A DNA stretch of 64,000 bases, taken from Planctomycetales bacterium (lineage in GTDB: Bacteria; 4484-113; JAFGCY01). The notes beneath the pieces were generated by a model. It saw only the letters and a list, made by a program, of their open reading frames with translations. It was not told where the DNA came from and did not search any database. Positions 38,864 through 48,179 of the stretch are shown one piece after another (position 1 is the first letter of the stretch; each line of letters begins with the position of its first letter). Where the stretch lies: contig CP060262.1 in assembly GCA_022646745.1 (NCBI GenBank), positions 3,897,188-3,961,187 of the forward strand, given 5' to 3'. A program made the position numbers and the translations under genes.

Positions 38864-40042
38864 ATGGATGGATTGCAGGAGCAGGCCGGTATCCGGCGAA
38901 AGGGCCTGACAATTCTGCCGGCCTGGCTGCAGGACAACCCCCTGCCCGCAATCTGGCAGCTGACCCTGCTGAAGCGCAGGCGCAAGCGCCCGATCTTCCA
39001 GTTCTACTCCGCCGCTGTGCTGTTCTTCCAGGTGCTGGCGCTGCTCTGTGTCCCGGCCTACCTGATTGACTGGTACACCAATGCCTACTTCCTCACCGAG
39101 CTGCTGATGGCGGAATCGCTTCTCTCATTCTTCTGGCTGCTGCTGGAATTCACGTCATGCCTGAACTTCGCCGGCAACCTGATGCGCAGCGAGACTTCCT
39201 CCACCTTCCCGATCATCGACGAGGCGCTGGCGGCCAGCAGCCTGCAGGACCGGGACTTCATCCTGGCAATGCTGCAGGCCAGCCTGCCGCGCCTGATGAT
39301 TCCATCCGCGCTGCTCTGTCTCGCGGTGGTGATGCTATTCCAGACTGACTTCCTGCTGTATTCATACGGGTACAACGGGCTTGGCATAGCACAGTGGCTT
39401 TCACTGACAACATTGTCAATGGTTTCGATGTCCGGCCTGCTGCTGCTGCACTTCGGCCTCGGGATGCAGCAGGAGAAACGCTTCGCCGCCAGCACCGGGA
39501 CAGTGATGGCCGGACTGGCCCAGCTGCTGACAATCGCCAGTTGGTTCCTGACCTACGACGAGGAGTGGATGACAGATTTCAGCAGCTACTGGCGCTACCA
39601 GTATTTCAACCCGCACCTGCTGGATCTCCAGAATTACTACTGCAATTCGCAGCTTGGGATGCTGCTGATCCAGTTCATGCTGGTGCTGCTGCTGCTGCAC
39701 CTGGCAACGCACAACGGATGGCTGCGCCGCCTGCTGCTGCTGGGCTGGCCGGCGCTCTGCGGCATCCTACTGACAACCTTCCTCCTCAGTCTGCAGTACA
39801 TCGATCCAGAGAATTTCTCCTACCTGACCGGACTAAGGTTCATCAGCCGCGCAGGCCAGCCGCTGTCCTTCGTCAACCTGGATGTGATATACATGCATTT
39901 TGTCGGTAACGACACCTCCGTGCAATCTGCCCATGTCGGCAGGCTGCAGGCATTGACGGTGCTGCTGCAGTTCGCATACGCGTTCACTTTCCTGCAGTTC
40001 GCCAGGAGAATGCTGTCCATCCATCGAAGGGGGACAGCATGA
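38864..40042 (+). CDS. polytopic membrane protein, family A paralog 1 (conserved N-terminal NPLP..W..L...R motif)
   Basis: ATG 38864 with AGGAGG upstream; N-terminal DNPLPAIWQLTLLKRRRKR followed by multiple hydrophobic helices. Confidence 0.7.
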   Translation: MDGLQEQAGIRRKGLTILPAWLQDNPLPAIWQLTLLKRRRKRPIFQFYSAAVLFFQVLALLCVPAYLIDWYTNAYFLTELLMAESLLSFFWLLLEFTSCLNFAGNLMRSETSSTFPIIDEALAASSLQDRDFILAMLQASLPRLMIPSALLCLAVVMLFQTDFLLYSYGYNGLGIAQWLSLTTLSMVSMSGLLLLHFGLGMQQEKRFAASTGTVMAGLAQLLTIASWFLTYDEEWMTDFSSYWRYQYFNPHLLDLQNYYCNSQLGMLLIQFMLVLLLLHLATHNGWLRRLLLLGWPALCGILLTTFLLSLQYIDPENFSYLTGLRFISRAGQPLSFVNLDVIYMHFVGNDTSVQSAHVGRLQALTVLLQFAYAFTFLQFARRMLSIHRRGTA

Positions 40043-41280
40043 TCAACAGGCTCATTGCTCATATCATGCGTATCACCCGCGGCTGGGTCACTGCCCTGCT
40101 GGATATCCGCCGCAATCCGTTGCCCGCGGCCTGGGGCATGTCCGAATCACGCGGCAATGCGGCCTACCTCAAGCGCTTCGCGATCGGGATGGGCCTGTAC
40201 GGCATTGCCAGCTGGCTTGGGATCATCGCGAGCGCTAGTTACCTGACCGGTGACCAGCTGGCCAACAACAAACAGAGCTTCGTGAACAACTACTTCTTCG
40301 AGCTGGAGGACCTTGGCAACTGGCTGCTGCAGCAGCCCGGCGCTGCCTGGTGCCTGCTGCTGGCCCTGGCCTGGCTGCTTGTAACTTTCCGCAAGGCAAT
40401 CACCACTTCGCTGGGCTTCCTCGACAGCGAACCACGCCAGCAGACGCATATCACCTATGACGACATGCTGGCCTGTTCGCAACTCAACGAGTACGAGGTG
40501 CTGCTCGGTGCGCTTTACTACTGTGTCCGCCTCGTGTTCCTGCCCCTGCTGGCATTCTCAATCTGTTGTGCCTATTCCACATACAGCTTCTTCGAGGCTG
40601 AGATTGCCGGCAATTTCAACGGCGGACTCGCCGGCCTGCTGGCGCACATGTTCGCTGCAGTGCCACTGCTGTTCACCTCCGGCATGCTGGCGGCAATCGC
40701 ATTGTTCCTGCTGACAATCAGCCTGAGCCTGAGCTCCCGCCAGCGTACCGCTCCGCAGGTCGGCGGCTTCCTGCACACCACGGTGCAGTTCCTGCTGATC
40801 GTGCTGGCAGCCTACCTGCTCTACTCGCAGTTCCAGTACTGGGGCTTCACGAATGACGCAGTGTTCCGCGATTTCGGCAACGTGATGTTCAGCATCAGCT
40901 TCCTGGTGACAACCCTGATGCTCTACCTCGCCCGGCGGCTGAACTGGCTGCGCATGCTGCTGCAGCAGGGCTTCCCGGTGCTGCTTGGAGCCTTCCACCT
41001 GTTCTGTGCACTGCCGCTGGCCTATGCCTATACACTGGACAGCGACTGGCTGAACATGCTCAGCATTGCGGCTGACGGCCTGCGTCCACTGAGCCTGTCA
41101 GCCACGGCGCTACAGGCCAGCTGGCTGCAGCAGATCCAACATCCCTACTGGGCGCGGGGCGACCGCGGCTTTGAGTACTACGCGATCGTCTCGCAGCTGA
41201 TCGTGCAGTTGGCCTACCTCGCCCTGTTCGCTGAGTTTGCCCGTGACGCAGTGCGCCGTCGCAAGTGGGGCGTGATGTGA
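40039..41280 (+). CDS. polytopic membrane protein, family A paralog 2
   Basis: ATGA overlap with previous gene; N-terminal RRNPLPAAWGM...; multiple TM helices. Confidence 0.7.
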   Translation: MINRLIAHIMRITRGWVTALLDIRRNPLPAAWGMSESRGNAAYLKRFAIGMGLYGIASWLGIIASASYLTGDQLANNKQSFVNNYFFELEDLGNWLLQQPGAAWCLLLALAWLLVTFRKAITTSLGFLDSEPRQQTHITYDDMLACSQLNEYEVLLGALYYCVRLVFLPLLAFSICCAYSTYSFFEAEIAGNFNGGLAGLLAHMFAAVPLLFTSGMLAAIALFLLTISLSLSSRQRTAPQVGGFLHTTVQFLLIVLAAYLLYSQFQYWGFTNDAVFRDFGNVMFSISFLVTTLMLYLARRLNWLRMLLQQGFPVLLGAFHLFCALPLAYAYTLDSDWLNMLSIAADGLRPLSLSATALQASWLQQIQHPYWARGDRGFEYYAIVSQLIVQLAYLALFAEFARDAVRRRKWGVM

Positions 41281-43913
41281 ATCAGGGCTGGATCGCTGCG
41301 TTTCGTGAGGCATGGCATAGCCCGCTGCTGGAGCTCTGGCAGCGGCAGGATTCACGGCGAAGCACCCGTGGTTTCTGGCTGTCCAGCCCGGGACTGCTGC
41401 TGCTGGCCACTCCGCTTGTAATCCTGCTCTACTGGCTTCTGGTCCGCCAGCTGGGCATCCTTGCACATGCAGCTGGCAATGAAGGCATGAACCCGATCCT
41501 CGCATCGGCAGTATTCTGGCTGGCAATCAATGCCAGCATCAAATACCTGGTCCTCATCGTTACCTTCATCTGCTGCGCCAGGCTGTATCGCGTGCTGGCG
41601 GACAGTGGCAGCCTGCTGGATGGAAGGAGCGGCAAGCGTGCACAGCTTGACAATGCAATGGCTGTCAGCATGCTGGATGACCGGCACCTGGTCGCCGCCC
41701 AGCACATCAGCAACTTCCGCCTGCTGTATCCATGGATCGTCCTGCTGTCCCTTTTGCTGGGCCTGCACCGGGTTGTGTGCGCATTTGGCCACGCCGCTGT
41801 CGAAGCCCCGGATGCCATCGGGCTGGCAGTCCGGCTTGTGCTTCATCCGCTTTGGTCCAGCCTGCTGGCGGCAGTGGCCCTGTTGATCCTCGGCAACTTC
41901 GCCATCGCGGCCGGCAGCGCAGCAGCAGCAAGCCGCCTGTTCCTGATTGGTGTTGCTGGGATGTCTGTCTGCCAGTTCGGCGTGGCGGCGACGCTCTACT
42001 ATTTCGCAACTGACAATTTCATTGGCATTGACGACTGCCTGGTCATGCTGCCAGCCCTGACGGGCCTGTTGCCCGGCCTGCTGCTGGTGTTCGTCGCCGG
42101 CTTCGCATCCAGATCCGCAGGCTTGCTTCGCATTTTTTCCAGCGGGCTGGGTATGATCCCACTCGCCGGCATTGCCCTGGCGGGCCTGCTCTGTGACAGG
42201 ATGTTCATGTTGAGTTTCAGCGACCAGAACATCGAGTCGGGCCTCTGCGTCTTCCAGGCCTGCGTGAACCTCCAGGCAATCTCGGTATTGCCTGTTCTGC
42301 CGGACACGCTCGAATTCATGGGCCTGGTTGGCAATCCATATGGCAGCCCGGATGCAGTGTTCCCGGGGATGATGCTCAGCTTTCTCGTCGGGATGCAGCT
42401 CCTGCTACTGCGTGTGTCCTCCCATTTTGCTACCAGCTGCCTTGCTGAGCGCCGCGCACGACAGGAATCCGCCAATGAATCCCCCCGAAGCACTGCAAGC
42501 AAGGCAAGGAAGCAATCAGGGAATCCTCAACGAGTAGATGCAGTGTTCGCTGTCCTGCTCGTCGGTATTCCACTGCTGCTGACTATGGCAACGATGATCT
42601 CCGCCAGGTTGATTCGTCCCCCATTGCTGGAGTCAAAAGATCCCTTCGAGCAATGGTTCCTGGACTGTTTCCAGCGCGGACAATCGCAGGCAGCATGGAC
42701 CAGCGGCCTGCGCAACGGCACGATGAGCCTGCGGATGTCGGAGGTCCTTGGACAGGATTATAGCTACACTGACGACCTGATCGACCAGTCAATCCACTAC
42801 CTGATGCAGGATGCTGCCGTCCGGCTCGAAACCGGCAATCCCGGCGATGTAGATCCCAGGCTGGCTCGCCTGTGCTTCATCGCCTATGAAACCAATCACT
42901 CCGTGGCTTATCCCCAGCTGACAGAGGAATGGAACAAGTTATATGAGCAGTATCCATGCCTGCAGCATGACCCCCAGGCGATTGCCATCATTGCCGAGAT
43001 CAGATTGCAGAAGCTTGGCTGGGAGGATTTCGCGCCGGCGTACATGAATACGCGGCCGGCCTTTTCGTCAGATCCGAAATCAGCTTTCTACAGCCGCGAC
43101 TGGATGCCGGAGGATGACTACCAGGCACTGAAGCAGCTTTATGCCTCAATTGACGATTCGCTCGCAGACAATGCATTTCCATACCATCTGGAGGTCTGCC
43201 GCCGTTTGGCAAATGACGACCTGAATGGGGCAATGGAAGTGATTCGTGGCAGCAGCAAAGCCCAGCTGGCAGACACGCGGCTCAATCTGCTCGCCGCGCT
43301 TGCGTTGGACGAACCAGAGAAATTTGATCCATTGAGCCGATACTGCCTCTACTGGCCGGGGTTCAATCGGATACAGAGCATGAATAATCAATATTTCTCA
43401 GACTTCTTTTCAGCCAGTCGCCAGCTTTGTAAGGAAAGCCGTACAGACGACCTGCAACTCCTGCATGACTACATCCTCCGATTCAGCAAGCTGCTTGGGC
43501 CATATGATGCCAACGAGATCCACCGAGCCATGCTGCAGGGGATTCCGGCAAACTACATTGGCATTGAAAGTAACCGTGCATTTAAGGATGCCAAGTCTGC
43601 CGCCAACAGCCTGCAGTACTCCGAGGCTCTATATGGTCCCAGTCCCTCAATCATCTATGGGAATAATCACACGGTGGGCATACAGTTGCTGGAAGGACAT
43701 CTGGCATTTACCCGCCCTCATCCGGATTCCGTTGCGATGTATACATATTTCCTGGGACTGAATGATGAGAAGCTCGTACTGGAAGCAATGACTCAGGCTG
43801 AGCAAAGGGAATATGAATCCATCATCTCACTTGACTGGACAGCACTGGATTGCTCACCGGCGGCGGACTCGACTGATTCCGCTGAGGAAGCAGGAGAATC
43901 GCAATCCCCTTAA
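41265..43913 (+). CDS. fusion protein: family A polytopic membrane domain + family B membrane-anchored extracytoplasmic domain
   Basis: N-terminal HSPLLELWQRQDSRRSTRGFWLSSPG and TM helices; internal anchor VDAVFAVLLVGIPLLLTMA followed by ~500-aa soluble region whose C-terminus (ISLDWTALD) resembles family B (IRNLDWTSLD); GTG start overlapping previous gene. Confidence 0.7.
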   Translation: MGRDVNQGWIAAFREAWHSPLLELWQRQDSRRSTRGFWLSSPGLLLLATPLVILLYWLLVRQLGILAHAAGNEGMNPILASAVFWLAINASIKYLVLIVTFICCARLYRVLADSGSLLDGRSGKRAQLDNAMAVSMLDDRHLVAAQHISNFRLLYPWIVLLSLLLGLHRVVCAFGHAAVEAPDAIGLAVRLVLHPLWSSLLAAVALLILGNFAIAAGSAAAASRLFLIGVAGMSVCQFGVAATLYYFATDNFIGIDDCLVMLPALTGLLPGLLLVFVAGFASRSAGLLRIFSSGLGMIPLAGIALAGLLCDRMFMLSFSDQNIESGLCVFQACVNLQAISVLPVLPDTLEFMGLVGNPYGSPDAVFPGMMLSFLVGMQLLLLRVSSHFATSCLAERRARQESANESPRSTASKARKQSGNPQRVDAVFAVLLVGIPLLLTMATMISARLIRPPLLESKDPFEQWFLDCFQRGQSQAAWTSGLRNGTMSLRMSEVLGQDYSYTDDLIDQSIHYLMQDAAVRLETGNPGDVDPRLARLCFIAYETNHSVAYPQLTEEWNKLYEQYPCLQHDPQAIAIIAEIRLQKLGWEDFAPAYMNTRPAFSSDPKSAFYSRDWMPEDDYQALKQLYASIDDSLADNAFPYHLEVCRRLANDDLNGAMEVIRGSSKAQLADTRLNLLAALALDEPEKFDPLSRYCLYWPGFNRIQSMNNQYFSDFFSASRQLCKESRTDDLQLLHDYILRFSKLLGPYDANEIHRAMLQGIPANYIGIESNRAFKDAKSAANSLQYSEALYGPSPSIIYGNNHTVGIQLLEGHLAFTRPHPDSVAMYTYFLGLNDEKLVLEAMTQAEQREYESIISLDWTALDCSPAADSTDSAEEAGESQSP

Positions 43914-43934
43914 CATGCTCGTCTGTGGGCGGGA

Positions 43935-45344
43935 TTGAATGCCGGGCAGCCCTCGGCTATGATCAAGGAAGAGTACCGGAGATGGCTGGAGCCATCGTAT
44001 CCGGGTGGGAGCAGTATGGCGGTTCGACAACATGAACCTGAAGCAAAGCTGGACGGAGCTGTCCGGCCTGCTGCTGCGCCAGCAAAATTCCCCTCTTCAC
44101 TGCGGCAGGAAAGTGGGAAAGCAGGCAGCTGGCTCGGAGCTGCCCTTGCCATCCGCCAGAATCCATTGCTGAATCTCTGGATCCTGCAGGAGAGGCGCAG
44201 GGCGGAATCCAGAAGCTTCTGGCTGTCAAACCCGGCGCTGCTGGCGGGAACATCAATTGTCAGCGTGCTCGCCTGCATCATACTGGTCCGGCAGTTACTG
44301 GCACTTGTCGAGGCCCGGACCGCCGGTGCAGTCAACCCGATGCCGGCCTCAGCCGCCTTCTGGACTGCAGTCAATGCGATCCTCTGGCTGGCGATAATCT
44401 ACTTCGGCATGCTCTCCATCGGGCGGATCTTCCTCGCGATGCGCAATTCAGTCGCGCTACTGGAGACCGGCCAGGGCAACCAGCGCCTGCGGCTCGATGA
44501 CAACCTCGTGATCACGGAAATGGGCAGCCACCAGATCATCATGGCCCAGATCGCCGACAACCTGCGCCTGGTGCTGCCGGCCAACATCCCGCTGACCCTG
44601 TTGCTCGGGCTGCAGTCCCAGCTCAGCGGCTATGCAAGAATCCTTGACAACCTGCCAGGCGCGATGGACAGCCTGCAGAACCTGCTGCTGATTCCCCTGC
44701 TGTCGATAATCGGCAGCATCCTTGGCACTGTGCTCCTGGGCGCAATCCTGATCGGGGCCGGCCTGCTGGCTGACAGCACCCGCCTGCAGGTCGGGGCGGC
44801 GGTCGGTGTTTTACTGATCCAGGCCTGGCTGTTGTTCCTGATGGCAACCGGCAGGGAGGTATTCAATCTAGGTATGGTTGAGGGCAGCGGCTGGGTGATC
44901 TCAGCGCTTGGGCTGTTCCCCCTGCTTGTAATGATGCTGCCGGTTTTCCTCGCTGGCTTCAGCCCCTTGTTTAGGCGTATCCTGGCAGGCGGACTGATCC
45001 TCTGGATGGGTTTTGCCCTGACCCTGCTGTATGGCATCTGCCTGTTGTCAGACCTGCGCATCTGGCTGGCAGAACCGAATGCTGTCGGGATGGGCCTGCA
45101 GGTCGGAAAGCAGAGCTTGCAGGTCTTCAGTTGCACGCCCCTGACAGGGATTGTCTACCAGCACTTGCAGGCGGTCATCCTCGGCAACCGGCAGGATCCT
45201 GCATTCTTCCTGAGTGTCTGGCAACCTGTCTACACCTATAGCGTCCCGCTGGCAGGATTCCTTCTGCAGGCAGCCTGCATCACCGGAGCCCTGCGCTTTG
45301 CGCTCTTGATGATGGACAAACGGAGGCTTGGCAGCCATGACTGA
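43935..45344 (+). CDS. polytopic membrane protein, family A paralog 4
   Basis: Motif IRQNPLLNLWILQERRRAESRSFWLSNPA then TM helices; start uncertain (TTG 43935 per track; ATG 43959 or ATG 44016, the latter with GGGAG upstream). Confidence 0.65.
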   Translation: MNAGQPSAMIKEEYRRWLEPSYPGGSSMAVRQHEPEAKLDGAVRPAAAPAKFPSSLRQESGKAGSWLGAALAIRQNPLLNLWILQERRRAESRSFWLSNPALLAGTSIVSVLACIILVRQLLALVEARTAGAVNPMPASAAFWTAVNAILWLAIIYFGMLSIGRIFLAMRNSVALLETGQGNQRLRLDDNLVITEMGSHQIIMAQIADNLRLVLPANIPLTLLLGLQSQLSGYARILDNLPGAMDSLQNLLLIPLLSIIGSILGTVLLGAILIGAGLLADSTRLQVGAAVGVLLIQAWLLFLMATGREVFNLGMVEGSGWVISALGLFPLLVMMLPVFLAGFSPLFRRILAGGLILWMGFALTLLYGICLLSDLRIWLAEPNAVGMGLQVGKQSLQVFSCTPLTGIVYQHLQAVILGNRQDPAFFLSVWQPVYTYSVPLAGFLLQAACITGALRFALLMMDKRRLGSHD

Positions 45345-46764
45345 CAACCATTCGGCCATGCCAGTCGAACACTCACCTGCACCTGGTCCTCCGCGGCGCT
45401 TCCTCAGGTTCGACCGTGCACTCAGCCTGCTGCTGTTTGGGCTGCCCGCATTGCTTGCATTCACAGTCTCACTTACTGCAGTTACGGTGCCTGTTGTTCA
45501 TTTCAACAGCGGTGATGAGTTTGCCGACTGGCTGTTCAATGCCGCCCTGCAGGCCCAGCATGATGCATGCTGGCAGGGTGTGAAGGCGAGCCGGGCTGCG
45601 GATAACTGGCTTCCGGAGAGCTACTATTTCAGGTCAAATGCATACTATCGGGAAAGCGTCCTCTTCGGCAACAAGCTGGCAGACGCGATCCAGCAGCAGC
45701 TGGATCTTGACCCGCATGATCCGCGGGTGATCTGGCTGGCTGCAGCTGGAATGCCCATTGATTATCGCGATTATGACAACAGCTTGCAGACAAAGTCGCG
45801 TTTCCTTCTCGAGCAGGATGCAGGGGGGATGCTGGACCGCCAGGGCCTGGAACTGCTGGCATATTTCATCAACCAGGTCGGACCGTTTGAACTGGTTGAA
45901 CAGGAACGCTGGCGGGGACTTAACATTTCCTACTTCGACCTCGGCGATCCATCACAATCTGCCCTGACAGCCGAAGTCCGTGAGCAGGTGACCGATATTC
46001 TGCGGCGGGTTGACAGTCTGCCTCCCGGCAATGCCCAGCACCTTGAACTGCGGTTCACTCAGCTGATGAACAACGACGACTTTGCCGAGGCCCTGGCACT
46101 GCTTGGCCGGTATCCCGGGCTCGAGGCAGCGCCCAGTGACGTTGGCATGCTTGCCAGCCTCGGACTGCAGGAACCGGACGGCCTGGATGACATAACGCGT
46201 GCCCAGCTGCAGTTCTTCGGGCTTGCCAACTGGAACAACACCCTGCGCATGGACTACCAGAAAGTGCAACAGGCCAGCCGTGAGTTGCTGGCAAGCGGCA
46301 GCCTTGACAAGCTTCAGCAGCTCCACGAATTCCTCTGGAAACTCGGAGGGATGGGCAGCCCGGGCGACCAGCTTGGGCACACAGCTGAAATGCTGTCTGC
46401 CTTGCCACCATCTGTCCTGCATGACCCTGCCAACCAGGAATTCCGACTTTCACAGCAGGACATATATGCGCTGACCTCCAATTCGTGGACGGCTAATGAC
46501 CCAGGCCTGCTGCAGCAGGCTGTCCTGCTCCTCGATTACCAACTCAGCGGAGAAAGGCTCGGTCTGTATGGACCGAACCCCATGTACCAGGATTACTACA
46601 CTTCACAGCCAACTCGTTCCAGGATAATCGAACAACTTGGCCCCAATGCTGCAGAACAGTTTGAGCGGATCCGCAATCTCGACTGGACATCCCTTGACCT
46701 CAGCTCAGCCCAGCCTGCTGACTTCGTTGATCCAGCTGAACAGGCCGCCTCGACTGATACATGA
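45337..46764 (+). CDS. bitopic membrane-anchored protein, family B paralog 1
   Basis: ATG 45337 with GGAGG upstream, overlaps end of previous gene; single N-terminal anchor RFDRALSLLLFGLPALLAFTV then ~430-aa W/Y-rich domain. Confidence 0.7.
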   Translation: MTDNHSAMPVEHSPAPGPPRRFLRFDRALSLLLFGLPALLAFTVSLTAVTVPVVHFNSGDEFADWLFNAALQAQHDACWQGVKASRAADNWLPESYYFRSNAYYRESVLFGNKLADAIQQQLDLDPHDPRVIWLAAAGMPIDYRDYDNSLQTKSRFLLEQDAGGMLDRQGLELLAYFINQVGPFELVEQERWRGLNISYFDLGDPSQSALTAEVREQVTDILRRVDSLPPGNAQHLELRFTQLMNNDDFAEALALLGRYPGLEAAPSDVGMLASLGLQEPDGLDDITRAQLQFFGLANWNNTLRMDYQKVQQASRELLASGSLDKLQQLHEFLWKLGGMGSPGDQLGHTAEMLSALPPSVLHDPANQEFRLSQQDIYALTSNSWTANDPGLLQQAVLLLDYQLSGERLGLYGPNPMYQDYYTSQPTRSRIIEQLGPNAAEQFERIRNLDWTSLDLSSAQPADFVDPAEQAASTDT

Positions 46765-48179
46765 GACAATCAGCAACGGGGATGGATACAGCAGGCACAC
46801 AACCTGGAGCGAGGAGCCGCCCACGCTGGCAGCTGATAGACCGCGCGCTGGATCTGCTGGTTGTCGGGCTGCCCCTGCTGCTGGCGCTTGCCTGTGTGAT
46901 TGCCAGTTACGTCGTCAAGCCCTACCGCATGGATACCGGAGATCCCTACCTGAACTGGTATGGCAACCAGCTGATGGACAGTGCCGACCAGGTGCTGGCA
47001 ACGGATCCGCTCCTGCCGGATTACTACAGCACAGGCGACTACTATCTGTTGCCTGATTTCCGCAAGCGCTTCGAGGAAGCACGAACCTCTTTCAGTGGCG
47101 ATCCACGCTACTGGATGGAGTATGCCGATCTGACACGCGCCGAGATCTGGTTCGGAAGTGGTGACAACTATTCCGAACAGGACTCGGAAGCGGCTTATGA
47201 GGCAGTGATGCGTGAGGGCCTGTCCAGCCCCGGCGCCAGCCCTGAAATGTTCATCCCGCTTGAGTGCCGCCCGATCGAGACCTCAGTGCTGGCGGACGGT
47301 GTGACCCGCGGCAACAAGGAAGGCCGACCGAATTTCCTCTGGAACCATCCGGAAGAAGTGACAGCAATGCTTGAGCAGGCCGGACGGCTGCCGGTGCAGG
47401 ATACCGTCAGCCGCCTGCTGCAGGCAACATACTGGAGCTGCGGCGGGGAGTACGGGCGCGCCCGTGAACAGCTGCTGGCAATCCGGGACCAGCCGGGCCC
47501 TTCCCTGCCTGACATGAATGAGCTGATGATCAAGTCGGCAGCCAGACCAAACACGGCGGTCATGGCCAGCCGGGGCTGGTCCATGCAGTATCCGTCCAGC
47601 ATTTACGTGGTGAATTCTGACCTGCGCAGCGGACTGGACGAGCTGGCGGAACAGGCCTGGCTGGCCGGAGACTACGAGGTGATTGACATCCTGCGCCAGT
47701 CCATCATCGATGGCAGGGGCGCTTCCGGCACGATCCTCGGCCAGCTGATGACGACTGTCAACCTCGGCAAGGTTGACAGCCGCATCTACAAGGTCACTAC
47801 CGACCCTGCTGAACTGTCAATGATGCTAGAGCTGCGTGCCCGCAAGAATGTGTGGCGAGACAAGGTCCGCTCAACAATCGGGCGGGAACTCAGTCCCTGG
47901 GTGGTCGGACGCTGCACGCTGGAAGGTGCCCTCAGCGGTGGACGGGGCTTTCACAGCGGATACGGTATTGCCTATGGCCGTCTGCTTCAGGATGAGTATG
48001 CCGACCTGCTGGGCATCCAGCCCCAGTGGGATGCGGTTGCGAATTTCAGTTACAGCAAATTGGCCTTCCCAGACGGCTGGACACCATCTGAATCGGACCT
48101 GCGGATTGCCGAGGGAGAAATTGCCAACAATCCCGGCGAGCGCCTGTACCGCGAGGTTTCCGACGGTGAGCAACCGTGA
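46761..48179 (+). CDS. bitopic membrane-anchored protein, family B paralog 2
   Basis: ATGA overlap; anchor IDRALDLLVVGLPLLLALACVIA paralogous to preceding gene. Confidence 0.7.
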   Translation: MRQSATGMDTAGTQPGARSRPRWQLIDRALDLLVVGLPLLLALACVIASYVVKPYRMDTGDPYLNWYGNQLMDSADQVLATDPLLPDYYSTGDYYLLPDFRKRFEEARTSFSGDPRYWMEYADLTRAEIWFGSGDNYSEQDSEAAYEAVMREGLSSPGASPEMFIPLECRPIETSVLADGVTRGNKEGRPNFLWNHPEEVTAMLEQAGRLPVQDTVSRLLQATYWSCGGEYGRAREQLLAIRDQPGPSLPDMNELMIKSAARPNTAVMASRGWSMQYPSSIYVVNSDLRSGLDELAEQAWLAGDYEVIDILRQSIIDGRGASGTILGQLMTTVNLGKVDSRIYKVTTDPAELSMMLELRARKNVWRDKVRSTIGRELSPWVVGRCTLEGALSGGRGFHSGYGIAYGRLLQDEYADLLGIQPQWDAVANFSYSKLAFPDGWTPSESDLRIAEGEIANNPGERLYREVSDGEQP

